Below, piece after piece: positions 18,893 to 28,050 of a stretch of 64,000 nucleotides of DNA. Origin of the DNA: Chloroflexota bacterium. GTDB taxonomy: Bacteria; Chloroflexota; UBA11872; VXOZ01. Below the pieces are notes generated by a model. The model saw nothing but the letters and a program-made list of their open reading frames with translations, searched no databases and had not been told where the DNA came from. A program made the translations under genes and the position numbers. The stretch is taken from contig OZ219801.1 of the NCBI GenBank assembly GCA_964291655.2, positions 576,001 through 640,000 on the forward strand. The letters are read 5' to 3'. Within the stretch, counting starts at the first letter, position 1. Every line of letters starts with the position of its first letter.

Positions 18893-20515
18893 ATGGCTTT
18901 CGATGTCATACTCTCAATTGGGCTGCTAATCGTCGTCGCGAAGCTCTTGGAGGGTGTGTTCCGTCAGTTTCGACTTAACTCAATCGTGGCCTATACTGCG
19001 GCGGGCGTGGCGTTAGGCCCAATTGCCGGCGTCATCGAGCCTACGGAAGAATTGCAGGTACTGCTCGGTATCGGCATCTTTCTCTTCTTCTTTCTCATTG
19101 GCCTCGATGAGATTGATATTTCCGGCTTTATAGCCACAATTCGCGGCCGTTTCTTTGTGGCCGCGACCCTATCGGTCATGATTTCTCTCCTGCTGGCGCT
19201 TGGCGTTACCTCCGATATTTTCTTTGACTTCGGTCTGGGCCTGGACTTCACGGAAGCGCTGGCATTGTCAGGGATCCTGTCGCTTTCCAGCCTTGGTTTG
19301 GTAAGCAAAGTTCTCGCCGATGAAGGTCATCTGCGCAAGCCAATCGGCATCCAGATTTTCGTCACCGTTCTGATTGCGGAATTGATCGCGTTGCTCATTG
19401 TGGGGTTTACTATTGGCGAGCACGTGGCGGAAATCAACGTGCAGAGCATCCTCATTCTCCTGGCGAAGATCGTCGGCTTCACGCTCGTTACGTGGATTCT
19501 CTCCAGTCGCGTGATCCCGCCTTTGATCGTACTCTTGAAACGTACGTTGCACGTGCCCCAGCTCTCATTCGGCTTACTGATCGGCGGGCTCTTTGTGGTG
19601 GTTGGTATCTCCGAAGCTGTGGGCACCCACGGCTCACTGGGGGCATTGCTCTTTGGCGCCGCCCTCTCCGGTCTGCCCTACCAACTGCGCCAGGACATCG
19701 TACCGGGCATGCGGAGCGCTGCCGAAGGGTTGTTTGTACCCCTCTTCTTCGCCTCGGCTGGGCTACATCTCAGTCTCTCCTTTACGGAGTTGCCGATTGA
19801 GACTATTCTCGCGCTGGTGAGTGTTCCGCTCGTGGGCAAATTCGCCGGTTCTCTCGTCGGCGCCTTTGTATCGCGGCTGGAAATGCCGTTCGCCCTCGCG
19901 ACGGGGCTGATGGCAAAGGGCGTTGCGGAAATTGCTTTGCTCTTGGTGCTCCTGGAAACCGGCATTGTCGGGGATGACATCTTTTCACTCCTCGTGCTCA
20001 TCATGTTCGCGTACATCTTGCTGGCGCCGTCGGTAATCAACTATGCCGTAAACCGCGCCAAGCCTTCGGAAAAGACAACGCTGCCCGATTCAATTCCAGC
20101 GTCTCTGGCGCGCTTTGCCCTCGACGACATTACCGTCAACGACATACTTGACCGCACGCGCACCTATCCTGAACCGCAGATTTCGGTGCGAAAGTTCGTG
20201 GATCAGTGGCTCATCCCCCAGCAACACGACTATGTGATCGCGGATAATGGGAACATCTCCGGAATTGTTTCATTGGGCATGCTGCGCTACTTGCCGAAGG
20301 AAGCATGGTCCACGACTCAGCTGGAGAAAGTCGTGCGCCGGAAAACACCAATGGCCCGACCCGACGAGCCGATAGAAGACGTGCTCCAACGCATGATGGA
20401 AAACTCACTAACGGTCATTCCGGTGGTGGAAGAGGACAGTGAGAAGTTTCTCGGAGTGGTTTCCCGGCAGGACGTTGTGGACCTCATAACGCTGGAAGCC
20501 CGCGGGGCGCACTAG
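18893..20515 (+). CDS. Cation:proton antiporter (CPA2-like) with C-terminal CBS pair
   Basis: About 12 TM helices; FLIGLDE, LGALLFG, FVPLFFAS.G, GLMAKG. Two CBS-like segments (GIVS, LGVVSRQD). Confidence 0.88.
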   Translation: MAFDVILSIGLLIVVAKLLEGVFRQFRLNSIVAYTAAGVALGPIAGVIEPTEELQVLLGIGIFLFFFLIGLDEIDISGFIATIRGRFFVAATLSVMISLLLALGVTSDIFFDFGLGLDFTEALALSGILSLSSLGLVSKVLADEGHLRKPIGIQIFVTVLIAELIALLIVGFTIGEHVAEINVQSILILLAKIVGFTLVTWILSSRVIPPLIVLLKRTLHVPQLSFGLLIGGLFVVVGISEAVGTHGSLGALLFGAALSGLPYQLRQDIVPGMRSAAEGLFVPLFFASAGLHLSLSFTELPIETILALVSVPLVGKFAGSLVGAFVSRLEMPFALATGLMAKGVAEIALLLVLLETGIVGDDIFSLLVLIMFAYILLAPSVINYAVNRAKPSEKTTLPDSIPASLARFALDDITVNDILDRTRTYPEPQISVRKFVDQWLIPQQHDYVIADNGNISGIVSLGMLRYLPKEAWSTTQLEKVVRRKTPMARPDEPIEDVLQRMMENSLTVIPVVEEDSEKFLGVVSRQDVVDLITLEARGAH

Positions 20516-20607
20516 CCACCCGTCTAAGAGACACTCGGTCGAAATTGCCGATTACTTTGCCCTCCACAGGCGAGTGAAGAGCCCAGTGCGGATGCCGGTT
20601 CCTCTAT

Positions 20608-20752
20608 GGGGAAACCTGCAAATCACCCCGTCATTCCGGCGCAAGCCGGAATCCAGCGGCGAGTGGGTGGCTTGCCATTGCTCGCCTTCAAGTCGTTCTT
20701 CACCCCAATCCCGAACTCTCTCCCTCAAAGGAAAGCAATTCGTAAAGGTCTC
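20608..20752. repeat. REP-like composite (gtcattccggcg..agccggaatcc plus a degenerate cccc...ctctccc hairpin, ending in a aaaggtctc IR-like motif)
   Basis: Palindrome at 20630-20655, with related copies at 22195-22220, 26162-26189 and 58103-58125. Confidence 0.65.
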
Positions 20753-20876
20753 AATTGGGAGCGTAGCTATCCCGTTTGCATGAAAACAGGCACCCCTCCC
20801 GCTGTCATCGAATCTGCTACCATGAAGCGAAAGCCTGTATTGAGCACACCCCAAAACGATAGGATTTAGGACTTCT

Positions 20877-22055
20877 ATGAGCGCCGTCGATGCCAGCCGC
20901 ATACAAGCAACCGCAGACCTCCTTTCCGCCCTCGTCAGCATTCCGAGCATGAATCCGGCCTTTATGGCCGATGGCTCCGGCGGCGAGAGTGGGCTTGCCG
21001 ACTTCGTGGAGTCCCAGCTACAGGACCTCGGCATGGAGACTCAGCAACACGAAGTGCTGCCGGGGCGGTCTAACGTCTTCGGCCGGCTGCGCGTGCCCAA
21101 CTCCAAGGGTCTGTTGCTCTTCGAGTGCCACATGGACACGGTCGGCGTAGATACATGGGGGCCGGAAGCCTTGGAGCCACGGGTGGACGGGACTACGCTG
21201 CACGGGCGGGGCTCCTGCGATGCCAAGGGCTGCCTGGCCGGCATGATACTGGCCATCCGCGAACTGGCAAAGCACCCGGAAGACCTTGACTATGACATTG
21301 GGTTGCTCGGCGTCGTTGATGAAGAATACCGCTTTCGCGGCATCGTCGGCTTCATAGAGCAAGGGATTGAAGTAACGGCAGCGGTGATTGGCGAACCAAC
21401 AAGGCTTGAGCTGGTGACCGCCACGAAAGGCGCGGTGCGCTTCACGCTGCAAACCAAGGGCAGGCCCGCCCATAGCAGCCAGCCTGAACGGGGCAATAAC
21501 GCGATCTACCAGATGGTCGACGTTATTCACCACTTGCGCGAAACGCTGGACCCGCGCTTCGCGGCGCGCTCACATGCGCTGGTAGGGTATCCCACCTGGG
21601 CCATCGGCATCATCCACGGCGGCCACGCGGCAAATGTCATTCCGGAGACCTGCGAGGTGGTGGTGGACCGCCGCATCATTCCAGGTGAGACTTCGGAGGG
21701 GTCAATCCGGGAATTCGAAGAGGCCATGGAGCAACTCGCGGCAACCAAGCCGGACCTGCATCCCAGTGTCGCTTCGCGCGACCTCGCCGATTGGCCGCTG
21801 GATACCGCGGAAGATGAGGCAATCGTGCAAGCCGCCATGCGCGCACTGCGGGCGCACAACCTCCCACCGGAGCCGCAGGGCGTGACCTACGGCACGGACG
21901 CCAGCAAGCTGCAAGTCAAGAGCGGCGTGCCCTGCATCGTCTATGGCCCCGGCGACATTGGCTACGCCCACACCGACCACGAGCGCGTCGACCTCACCGA
22001 AGTCGTCCAAAGCGCCGACGTCTACGCCCAAATCGCCCGCGAGTTCAAGCCCTAG
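20877..22055 (+). CDS. M20 family metallopeptidase/deacylase (ArgE/DapE-like)
   Basis: CHMDTV, GRGSCDAKG, DEE, GEPT, GRPAHSS, TDAS and AHTDHE. Confidence 0.92.
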   Translation: MSAVDASRIQATADLLSALVSIPSMNPAFMADGSGGESGLADFVESQLQDLGMETQQHEVLPGRSNVFGRLRVPNSKGLLLFECHMDTVGVDTWGPEALEPRVDGTTLHGRGSCDAKGCLAGMILAIRELAKHPEDLDYDIGLLGVVDEEYRFRGIVGFIEQGIEVTAAVIGEPTRLELVTATKGAVRFTLQTKGRPAHSSQPERGNNAIYQMVDVIHHLRETLDPRFAARSHALVGYPTWAIGIIHGGHAANVIPETCEVVVDRRIIPGETSEGSIREFEEAMEQLAATKPDLHPSVASRDLADWPLDTAEDEAIVQAAMRALRAHNLPPEPQGVTYGTDASKLQVKSGVPCIVYGPGDIGYAHTDHERVDLTEVVQSADVYAQIAREFKP

Positions 22056-22194
22056 TGTTCCTTCGCGCAAGAGGAATGTGTCAGTCGTACCTGGAACGCT
22101 TCCAGCTAGCAATGGTGCAGTTTTCCGTCATTTGTATGTTGAATAAGGTCAGGAAATGAGCGCATAAAAACGGTTACGCAAGGTCGCGTCGTCC

Positions 22195-22220
22195 GTCATC
22201 CCCGCGAAATCGGGAATCCA
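22195..22220. repeat. REP-like palindrome between convergent genes
   Basis: gtcatccccgcgaaatcgggaatcca, same family as 20630-20655. Confidence 0.6.
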
Positions 22221-22283
22221 TCTTCTGAACCACCGCGCTGCAAGCTAGCAGCAAGACAATCTATTAGAATCGCACACTAAGCC

Positions 22284-23597
22284 TCACGTCTCCAAACTCT
22301 CGGAGAGCACGGAGCAGGCTTGGTTGACCGCGGAAGTCACCTCATCGCCGCGCACGAGCGCCTCCACTATGTTCCTCATCGCGCGAGATTGCCCCACATC
22401 TGACGGCAGTGCTCGCCCATGCTCCATCGAATGCTGTATAGCCACGACTTCATCGGGTTGGATAGTCGATCGGTTATCTAGGAGCCGCGCCACGGCTTCT
22501 CTCTCTGTTGGTACGTTGACGTACGGTTCCATTGTATGCAACAGTCCTCTCAACGCAGTGTATGCTGCCTCGGGATTGGAAGTTTTTGCGACAATCGCAA
22601 TACCTGCATACGATTCGACCGGAACACTTAGCACTTTGCCCCGGGCCAGTTCTGCCCGGCGATAATTGTCGCTGGGCGACCCGAAAGGGATAGTGTCGTA
22701 TACCATCGCCGGAGGCGACCCCGCCGAAGGGTGAATGAGATTCAATAGATCAGCACCGCTAGCCGGTGGAGATACGTGGTGTAAATGTATCAGATCGCGA
22801 AAAAACTCAAGCGCTTCGATAGCAACCGGTTCCTGCAATCGACACTGCGACGAAATCGCGTCAATCATCTCCGCTTGATTCTGCCAAAGGGCCCACCAGA
22901 TGGTCCAATTGTGCGTTGCCAATCCCCAACGCGATATTGTGCCTCCCTCTCCTCGCTCTGTTAGCTTGAGCGCTTTGTCGACCAAGTCATTCCAGTCCCA
23001 AGTACCATCTGGTGGCGGGATTCCCAACTTCGCAAAGTAATCAACATCGTAGAAGAGCATCAGAGGGAACGAGTCCGTCGGTAGGGCGTAAAGCGCACCA
23101 CTCTCTCGAAACACATCCAGGACGGGCGAATAGAATTCCCGTTCAAAGTCTGAGCTATCTGCACCGCCGAACTGGTCCAGGGGCAGTAGTACACCCATTT
23201 CCCCTAACACGCGCGCCTCATCATGCCATACTGTCACGAGGTCGGCGCCAATTTCTCCCAGCCACGCCGCCAAATGCTCCGATTTGCGGTACAGTTCTGC
23301 ATCAGGATCTGAATAGGACCCAGCATAGTGCTCGTAGTATTCCAGTGCGAGACTGTACCGGCCTCCCGCCGGGCCATACTGGCTTCCATCATAGTCTGCC
23401 AATTCTTGCTCTATCCGACGGAGCTTTTCCTCAAAAGACTCATTACCGGACCCAGTGTTGAGACCTGTAATTGGGCGGGAGAGCCAGGTCAATGGAACCG
23501 GACGTGGCGCGCCTAGGAGTGGCAGAGAAAAATCCAGACCGCCACAGCCAGCCGCGAGAACAGCAGCGCTACCAATAATCGCTCGGCGAGTTAGCAT
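22284..23597 (-). CDS. Extracellular solute-binding lipoprotein (family 1), Tat-type signal
   Basis: MLTRRAIIG...LAAGC lipobox; LLPLD, LYALP...LFYD.DYF, PDGTWDWNDL..A.KLT. AGGAGG RBS. Confidence 0.88.
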   Translation of the reverse strand: MLTRRAIIGSAAVLAAGCGGLDFSLPLLGAPRPVPLTWLSRPITGLNTGSGNESFEEKLRRIEQELADYDGSQYGPAGGRYSLALEYYEHYAGSYSDPDAELYRKSEHLAAWLGEIGADLVTVWHDEARVLGEMGVLLPLDQFGGADSSDFEREFYSPVLDVFRESGALYALPTDSFPLMLFYDVDYFAKLGIPPPDGTWDWNDLVDKALKLTERGEGGTISRWGLATHNWTIWWALWQNQAEMIDAISSQCRLQEPVAIEALEFFRDLIHLHHVSPPASGADLLNLIHPSAGSPPAMVYDTIPFGSPSDNYRRAELARGKVLSVPVESYAGIAIVAKTSNPEAAYTALRGLLHTMEPYVNVPTEREAVARLLDNRSTIQPDEVVAIQHSMEHGRALPSDVGQSRAMRNIVEALVRGDEVTSAVNQACSVLSESLET

Positions 23598-23619
23598 GGC
23601 GGTCCTCCTTCGCCGGCCT

Positions 23620-24906
23620 TCAGGCTTGCTGGTACTCACGGGCGACGGCACAGGCCTCGTTGACCACACTAGCCACTTCATCGCCATGTACGATGCCCTG
23701 GAGCGCTGAGTCCATCGCGAACAGCGCCGGCACGCTCCGTGGCCAAGCGCGTCCATGTTCCATGGACCGCTGTATTGCTAGGACATCTTCGGGGTGAAGG
23801 TCCGACCGAGTTTCTTCCAGCCGGGCTATGGGATCTCTCTTGGCAGGGACCACCACATGCTCCTGCAAGGCGTCGACAAGTCCCTTAAGGGCAGTATACG
23901 CCGCTTGAGGGTTCTCAGTTCGCGCGACAATGCCAATCCCCATGTCACCATACACGGGAACGCTGTGCACTTTGCCCCGCGGCAACTCGGCTAGGTGATA
24001 GTGTCCCGGCGGGCGTATAGGAGGACTGCTATACACTATGGCCGGCGCGAATCTTGCCGGCTCGAATACAAGCTTCGCTAGGTCCATGTACAGGGCCGCA
24101 GGTGAGACACGATGCGTGTGCAGCAAGCTGTGCGCGAACTGCAGGGATGTGATAGCGGCCGGTTCCTGCAGCCGACACTGCAACGTCACGGGATCTACGG
24201 CCTCCGCCTCGTTCTGCCATAGTGCCCACCAGAGTTGGCTACCGTGCGCCGCCAATCCCCAGCGCGTTACTGAACCGTCTTCCCTGCGCTTGGTCAGCCT
24301 TAGCGCGCTCTCCACCAGATCACTCCAGTCCCAATTACCGTCTACCGGCGGTGAGACCTCCTCCAACGCGAAGTAATCGGCGTCGTAGTAGAGCATCAGC
24401 GGACGGGCGTCCACCGGCAGCGCGTAGAGCTCTCCCTGCCGAAATTGCTCCACCACGCTGGGGTAGAAGGCCTGTTCTAGGGCGGCGCCATCGGTTGCAA
24501 TGAACTGGTCTAATGGCAGCAACACGCCCTCTTCCCCGAGCGCCCGCGCACCTTCCGGTGACACATTCACAAGATCTGCCTCTAGGTCGTGCAGCCAGTC
24601 AACGAACGTCTCCTCGCCTAACTCCGATGTCTTTTCCACGTGCCGCAGCGTAAGATGATACTTGCCGCGCTTCTGGCCATTAGAGTTCCCATTGTCTTCC
24701 TCCAGCGTTGTCACCGCCTTTTGAAGTTTTTCCACAGGTCGCAGTCCATTCCCCGTGAGATCGCTAAGGCCAAGATGGTTCCCAAGAGAGATCCAGGTTA
24801 GCTCGGCCCCTTGCGGTGCGCTTGGCGCGGAAAAGAAAGACCCAAGAGGGCCACAACCGGCTGCGAGCACCGCCGCGCTGGCGATCACTGTTCGTCGTGA
24901 AAGCAT
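23620..24906 (-). CDS. Extracellular solute-binding lipoprotein (family 1), paralogue of the downstream gene
   Basis: MLSRRTVIA...LAAGC. Shares motifs with the neighbour (WWALWQN.AE, QCRLQEP, ELxRGKVxSVPV, SMEHGRA). Confidence 0.88.
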   Translation of the reverse strand: MLSRRTVIASAAVLAAGCGPLGSFFSAPSAPQGAELTWISLGNHLGLSDLTGNGLRPVEKLQKAVTTLEEDNGNSNGQKRGKYHLTLRHVEKTSELGEETFVDWLHDLEADLVNVSPEGARALGEEGVLLPLDQFIATDGAALEQAFYPSVVEQFRQGELYALPVDARPLMLYYDADYFALEEVSPPVDGNWDWSDLVESALRLTKRREDGSVTRWGLAAHGSQLWWALWQNEAEAVDPVTLQCRLQEPAAITSLQFAHSLLHTHRVSPAALYMDLAKLVFEPARFAPAIVYSSPPIRPPGHYHLAELPRGKVHSVPVYGDMGIGIVARTENPQAAYTALKGLVDALQEHVVVPAKRDPIARLEETRSDLHPEDVLAIQRSMEHGRAWPRSVPALFAMDSALQGIVHGDEVASVVNEACAVAREYQQA

Positions 24907-25075
24907 TGTCTCGCTCCTTTTATGCCTATGACAAACGAGTCTTGCCACTTTGGCCTAGAAGTGCCCATTATGCCTGAATAATCAGAGCGCCCGCACAAAG
25001 CCTTCGCAACTTCCGCGCAGGCGCTCCAATCCTACCTAAACCTGAGGTCATGCGGATATGCCCGGCGTACTTAAA

Positions 25076-25417
25076 CTACGCACTTGGGCACGGTCTGTTT
25101 GGGATTATGCAACCGCAACCTCCGTAGTAAGTCTTCGTCGGGCAAGTCTTCCCGGTATAGCAGTTCTCGCCCTCTACCCTCTTAACATACGGCCTCTTGC
25201 TAGAGTGGCAACGCTCGCCGCAGGAGCCGCAGAATGTGGTGGTGTTAGTTACACAGAAATGGCTCCCGTCGCAATGATCAGCATAGGCCGCTCTAGTGAA
25301 CAACACAGAGAGTACGGCAGCACCACCAACGGCACCAGCAACTCTCCCCAGAAAGCCGCGGCGATTCATGCTAGCTTTCGCCAGGCTCTCGCTCGCTTGC
25401 GCAATCAACTTATCCAT
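25076..25417 (-). CDS. Tat-exported small Cys-rich protein (MauA-position precursor; 46-aa leader plus 67-aa mature part with 10 Cys and no Trp)
   Basis: GGAGG RBS before MDKLIAQ; NRRGFLG twin-arginine motif, hydrophobic core and AYA cleavage site. Lies directly downstream of mauD/mauE homologues. Confidence 0.85.
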   Translation of the reverse strand: MDKLIAQASESLAKASMNRRGFLGRVAGAVGGAAVLSVLFTRAAYADHCDGSHFCVTNTTTFCGSCGERCHSSKRPYVKRVEGENCYTGKTCPTKTYYGGCGCIIPNRPCPSA

Positions 25418-25517
25418 GGGTTTACCTCCCATGTGTTGCCTGCATTGCGTCTTGAGATGCGACTCATGCGCGGGGCGTCGTCACGCTGCGGTGTGAGCAC
25501 GCACAGGTAGACGGACG

Positions 25518-26090
25518 TTACCCGCTCACACTCTTTGGCGAACTGCCGGTCGTCGCATCTTTAGCGAGCAGCTCGCCTAGCACATGCACATCATTCACCA
25601 CCCCCTTTTCGGCTACATTTCCTTCCACATCCACGACAAAGCCGAACGGCGTCCAGCTACTGCCGTAGAGGTCGGCAATCTCATGCTCCTGCTGGATGAC
25701 CAGCGGCCACGAGAGCTTGAATTCATCCACCATCTCTTGGTTCTGCTCCCGGCTGCCGCCGCTCACGAGCATCAAAATCACATCTTGCGCTTCAATACGA
25801 TCCGCTTCTCCGTTTAGGCTTGCGAAAAGCTCTTTGCAGGGCGGGCAGGTGGGATGGACGAAGAGCACCAGCAGGCGCTCGCCGATCATGGTCTCCAGGT
25901 CTACAGTCCCATTGAGACCCTCGCCCTGGAAGAGCGGCGCTTGGCTGCCGACGGCAAGTCCCATGTCAGGCTCTTCCCCGACCCGCAATCTCAGTTCGCC
26001 GATTTGCCGCATGAGGCCGATGACGATGAAGGCAAGCAGGCCGATAAAGACCCACTGCAGGAGGTACGATGCGAGCCAGATGCCTTCCAT
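25518..26090 (-). CDS. mauD: MauD-like membrane-anchored thioredoxin/TlpA-family protein
   Basis: N-terminal TM ending LMRQIGEL, G..VG..AP.F, FVHPTCPPCKEL (CxxC) and TPFGFVVD.EG.V..KG.VN. This pattern is typical of MauD. Confidence 0.82.
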   Translation of the reverse strand: MEGIWLASYLLQWVFIGLLAFIVIGLMRQIGELRLRVGEEPDMGLAVGSQAPLFQGEGLNGTVDLETMIGERLLVLFVHPTCPPCKELFASLNGEADRIEAQDVILMLVSGGSREQNQEMVDEFKLSWPLVIQQEHEIADLYGSSWTPFGFVVDVEGNVAEKGVVNDVHVLGELLAKDATTGSSPKSVSG

Positions 26091-26161
26091 GTCTGTCGCC
26101 TCCGGTCTAGGTCCACTTTGGTTGAGACTCTAATGCGCCCTACTTGCCAATCCAGTGAAGA

Positions 26162-26189
26162 TGGATTCCCGCTATCGCGGGAGTGACGG
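26162..26189. repeat. REP-like palindrome between mauE and mauD
   Basis: tggattcccgctatcgcgggagtgacgg, the reverse-orientation member of the 20630 family. Confidence 0.6.
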
Positions 26190-26201
26190 ACCCCACTACC
26201 C

Positions 26202-26738
26202 CTAACGTGACTGAGAAATCGTGCGCAGTCGCAGGAACTCGGCGACTACGAGAGCTACAGCCCAAGCGCCTACCGTGAATACGACAACCCCAGCGAGGCC
26301 ACGCAAATTGCCGTCCAATTCTTCTGAAAGCAACGGTATTGGTCTGGCCGTAAGTACCAACAGCCCGAGCAATACAAGAACTGCAACTTGCTTGAAAATT
26401 GTGGCCTTGCCCAGGGGTTGGCCCCCCGCTCCGAAGCAGTAGCAATCAATACCGCCCCGCCCTTGCGTGAGAGCGAGCGATGAAACCGCGAGAAAGAGCG
26501 AGACGAGGCCGATTCCCAGCCAGACCCCCCACATCACCGCCATGCCAGTGATGAGCAGGGAGCCACAGAGGAGTTCTAACAAAGGAATTGCGCCGCTCAG
26601 GTATGGAAGCGCGCGAGGAGGCACGACGCCAAATCCGTGCACCGCAGCCTCAAATTCAGCAAGGTGCAGTAGCTTGGCGGCGGGCAGAAATACACCGCCC
26701 ACGAACAGTTGGAGCCTGAGTATGCCACCCTGTACCAT
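26202..26738 (-). CDS. mauE: MauE/DoxX family membrane protein
   Basis: AAGGAG RBS; VFL..AKL, F...V.GF.VVP, IPLLEL..G.LL and GIDCYCFG (MauE CxCFG motif); 4-5 TM helices. Confidence 0.82.
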   Translation of the reverse strand: MVQGGILRLQLFVGGVFLPAAKLLHLAEFEAAVHGFGVVPPRALPYLSGAIPLLELLCGSLLITGMAVMWGVWLGIGLVSLFLAVSSLALTQGRGGIDCYCFGAGGQPLGKATIFKQVAVLVLLGLLVLTARPIPLLSEELDGNLRGLAGVVVFTVGAWAVALVVAEFLRLRTISQSR

Positions 26739-27001
26739 TGGGCCGCTCCTTCCGCTCCGCGAAGGGCCGACGACATACCTGCCTTGTACTATCGTATTGA
26801 GGGACATCCATATCAATACTAGCATATCATTGTTAGGCTGTATGTCAACCTTACAAATGATAGAACTAAACCGGTCTTATTGAGTATTACAAAACTACAC
26901 TTGCGGTACAGGGCATGTATCGAGAATAGACTTGCGGGGCCGGAGCCGTGCAAGGGGAGGGGACAGATACCGAGCTCAAGTCTTGAGTCTCGCCCGGTGG
27001 C

Positions 27002-27763
27002 CTACGAGTCAAGCTGGGGTGGGGGGAGAAGTTGCTGGATGTGCGCCATGGCGGCGTCGACGTGGCGCTTGCCGTCTTGCAAGCTGAAGCTCACGTGGCC
27101 GGGGAAGAACTGCGTGAATTCCAGTTTGGCAAAGCGCTTTACGGTGGCGATGGATTCCTCTAGCGAGCAATCCCAGATGTTCTGGAGTAGGATGCGCCCG
27201 CCGAAGAAGAGGGCGTCGCCGCAAAAGAGAGCGCGGTTCAGGCCGTCTCCGGGGCTCGCGCCGTCATCTACTAAGAACGCCAGATGGCCCTGGCTATGCC
27301 CATCGGCCTTCACGACCGTCACAGCGAGGGAACCCAAACGAATAACGTCTCCATCGGAGGCATCGGTCGCGGACGCCACCGGCCGCAAGCGGTTTTCTAC
27401 CGGATACATACCGGTCTGACGCGCGGCCACCAGGCTCGCGGCCTCTTCATCACCCGTCTCAAGCCATCCTGCCACGTCGTGGGAAGCGACAATCTCGGCG
27501 CCACACAGTTGCTGCAATTCCGCCGCGCCGCCGGCATGATCGAGGTGCAGATGCGTGATGAAAATCTTTGAAATGTCGCTGGGACCAAAACCTGCCGCCT
27601 CTATCTGGTCCACAATCGCCGGCACGTCTCTGCCCACGCCGGTGTCAATGAGTGCCAGCTCCGTACCGCCGTCCAACAGATACACATGGCAATCCAACGG
27701 GTGGGTAAGGCTGAATCCGTTCTGGCCGCTACCAACGAGATGAACGGTATCCGTGAGCTGCAT
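27002..27763 (-). CDS. MBL-fold metallo-hydrolase
   Basis: LIDTG, THLHLDHAGG (HxHxDH), GHSQGH, CGDA and PGH. Confidence 0.92.
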   Translation of the reverse strand: MQLTDTVHLVGSGQNGFSLTHPLDCHVYLLDGGTELALIDTGVGRDVPAIVDQIEAAGFGPSDISKIFITHLHLDHAGGAAELQQLCGAEIVASHDVAGWLETGDEEAASLVAARQTGMYPVENRLRPVASATDASDGDVIRLGSLAVTVVKADGHSQGHLAFLVDDGASPGDGLNRALFCGDALFFGGRILLQNIWDCSLEESIATVKRFAKLEFTQFFPGHVSFSLQDGKRHVDAAMAHIQQLLPPPQLDS

Positions 27764-27840
27764 GAGACAATCTCTTTCTAGCGGGTGCCTAGGCGTTTAC
27801 TTGCGAACCAATCGGCTTCAGGCCGGACCGGCGCTACTTC

Positions 27841-28050
27841 CCCCTCACCCCAACCCTCTCCCCAGGGAGAGAGAGTTTTTTCGACTTCAGGCTTGCGTCT
27901 TGCAATGGTATTCCAGGGAGATTGTTTCCACTCGACTTCAGGGCTGGATTCTGAAGTAGCCTCCCCAGGAGAGGAAGTTTCATTGGCTTCAGGCCTGAGC
28001 GATTCAGATCAGTTTCAAGGTGAGGGGGTCAGTTCAATCTCAGGCCCAAG
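27841..28050 (+). repeat. REP-like hairpin followed by a degenerate ~51-bp tandem array (about 4 units)
   Basis: cccctcaccccaaccctctccccagggagag at 27841, then units ccagggaga...cttcagg recurring near 27862, 27913, 27965 and 28016. Confidence 0.6.

Noticed and set aside
25076-26738. Methylamine dehydrogenase (mau) operon
   Set aside because: The small gene has no Trp for TTQ and is about half the size of MauA; no mauB, mauG or amicyanin gene lies in the window.
27862-28050. Degenerate CRISPR-like array
   Set aside because: Units are too diverged, and the variable parts are short and related; it behaves as a tandem repeat.
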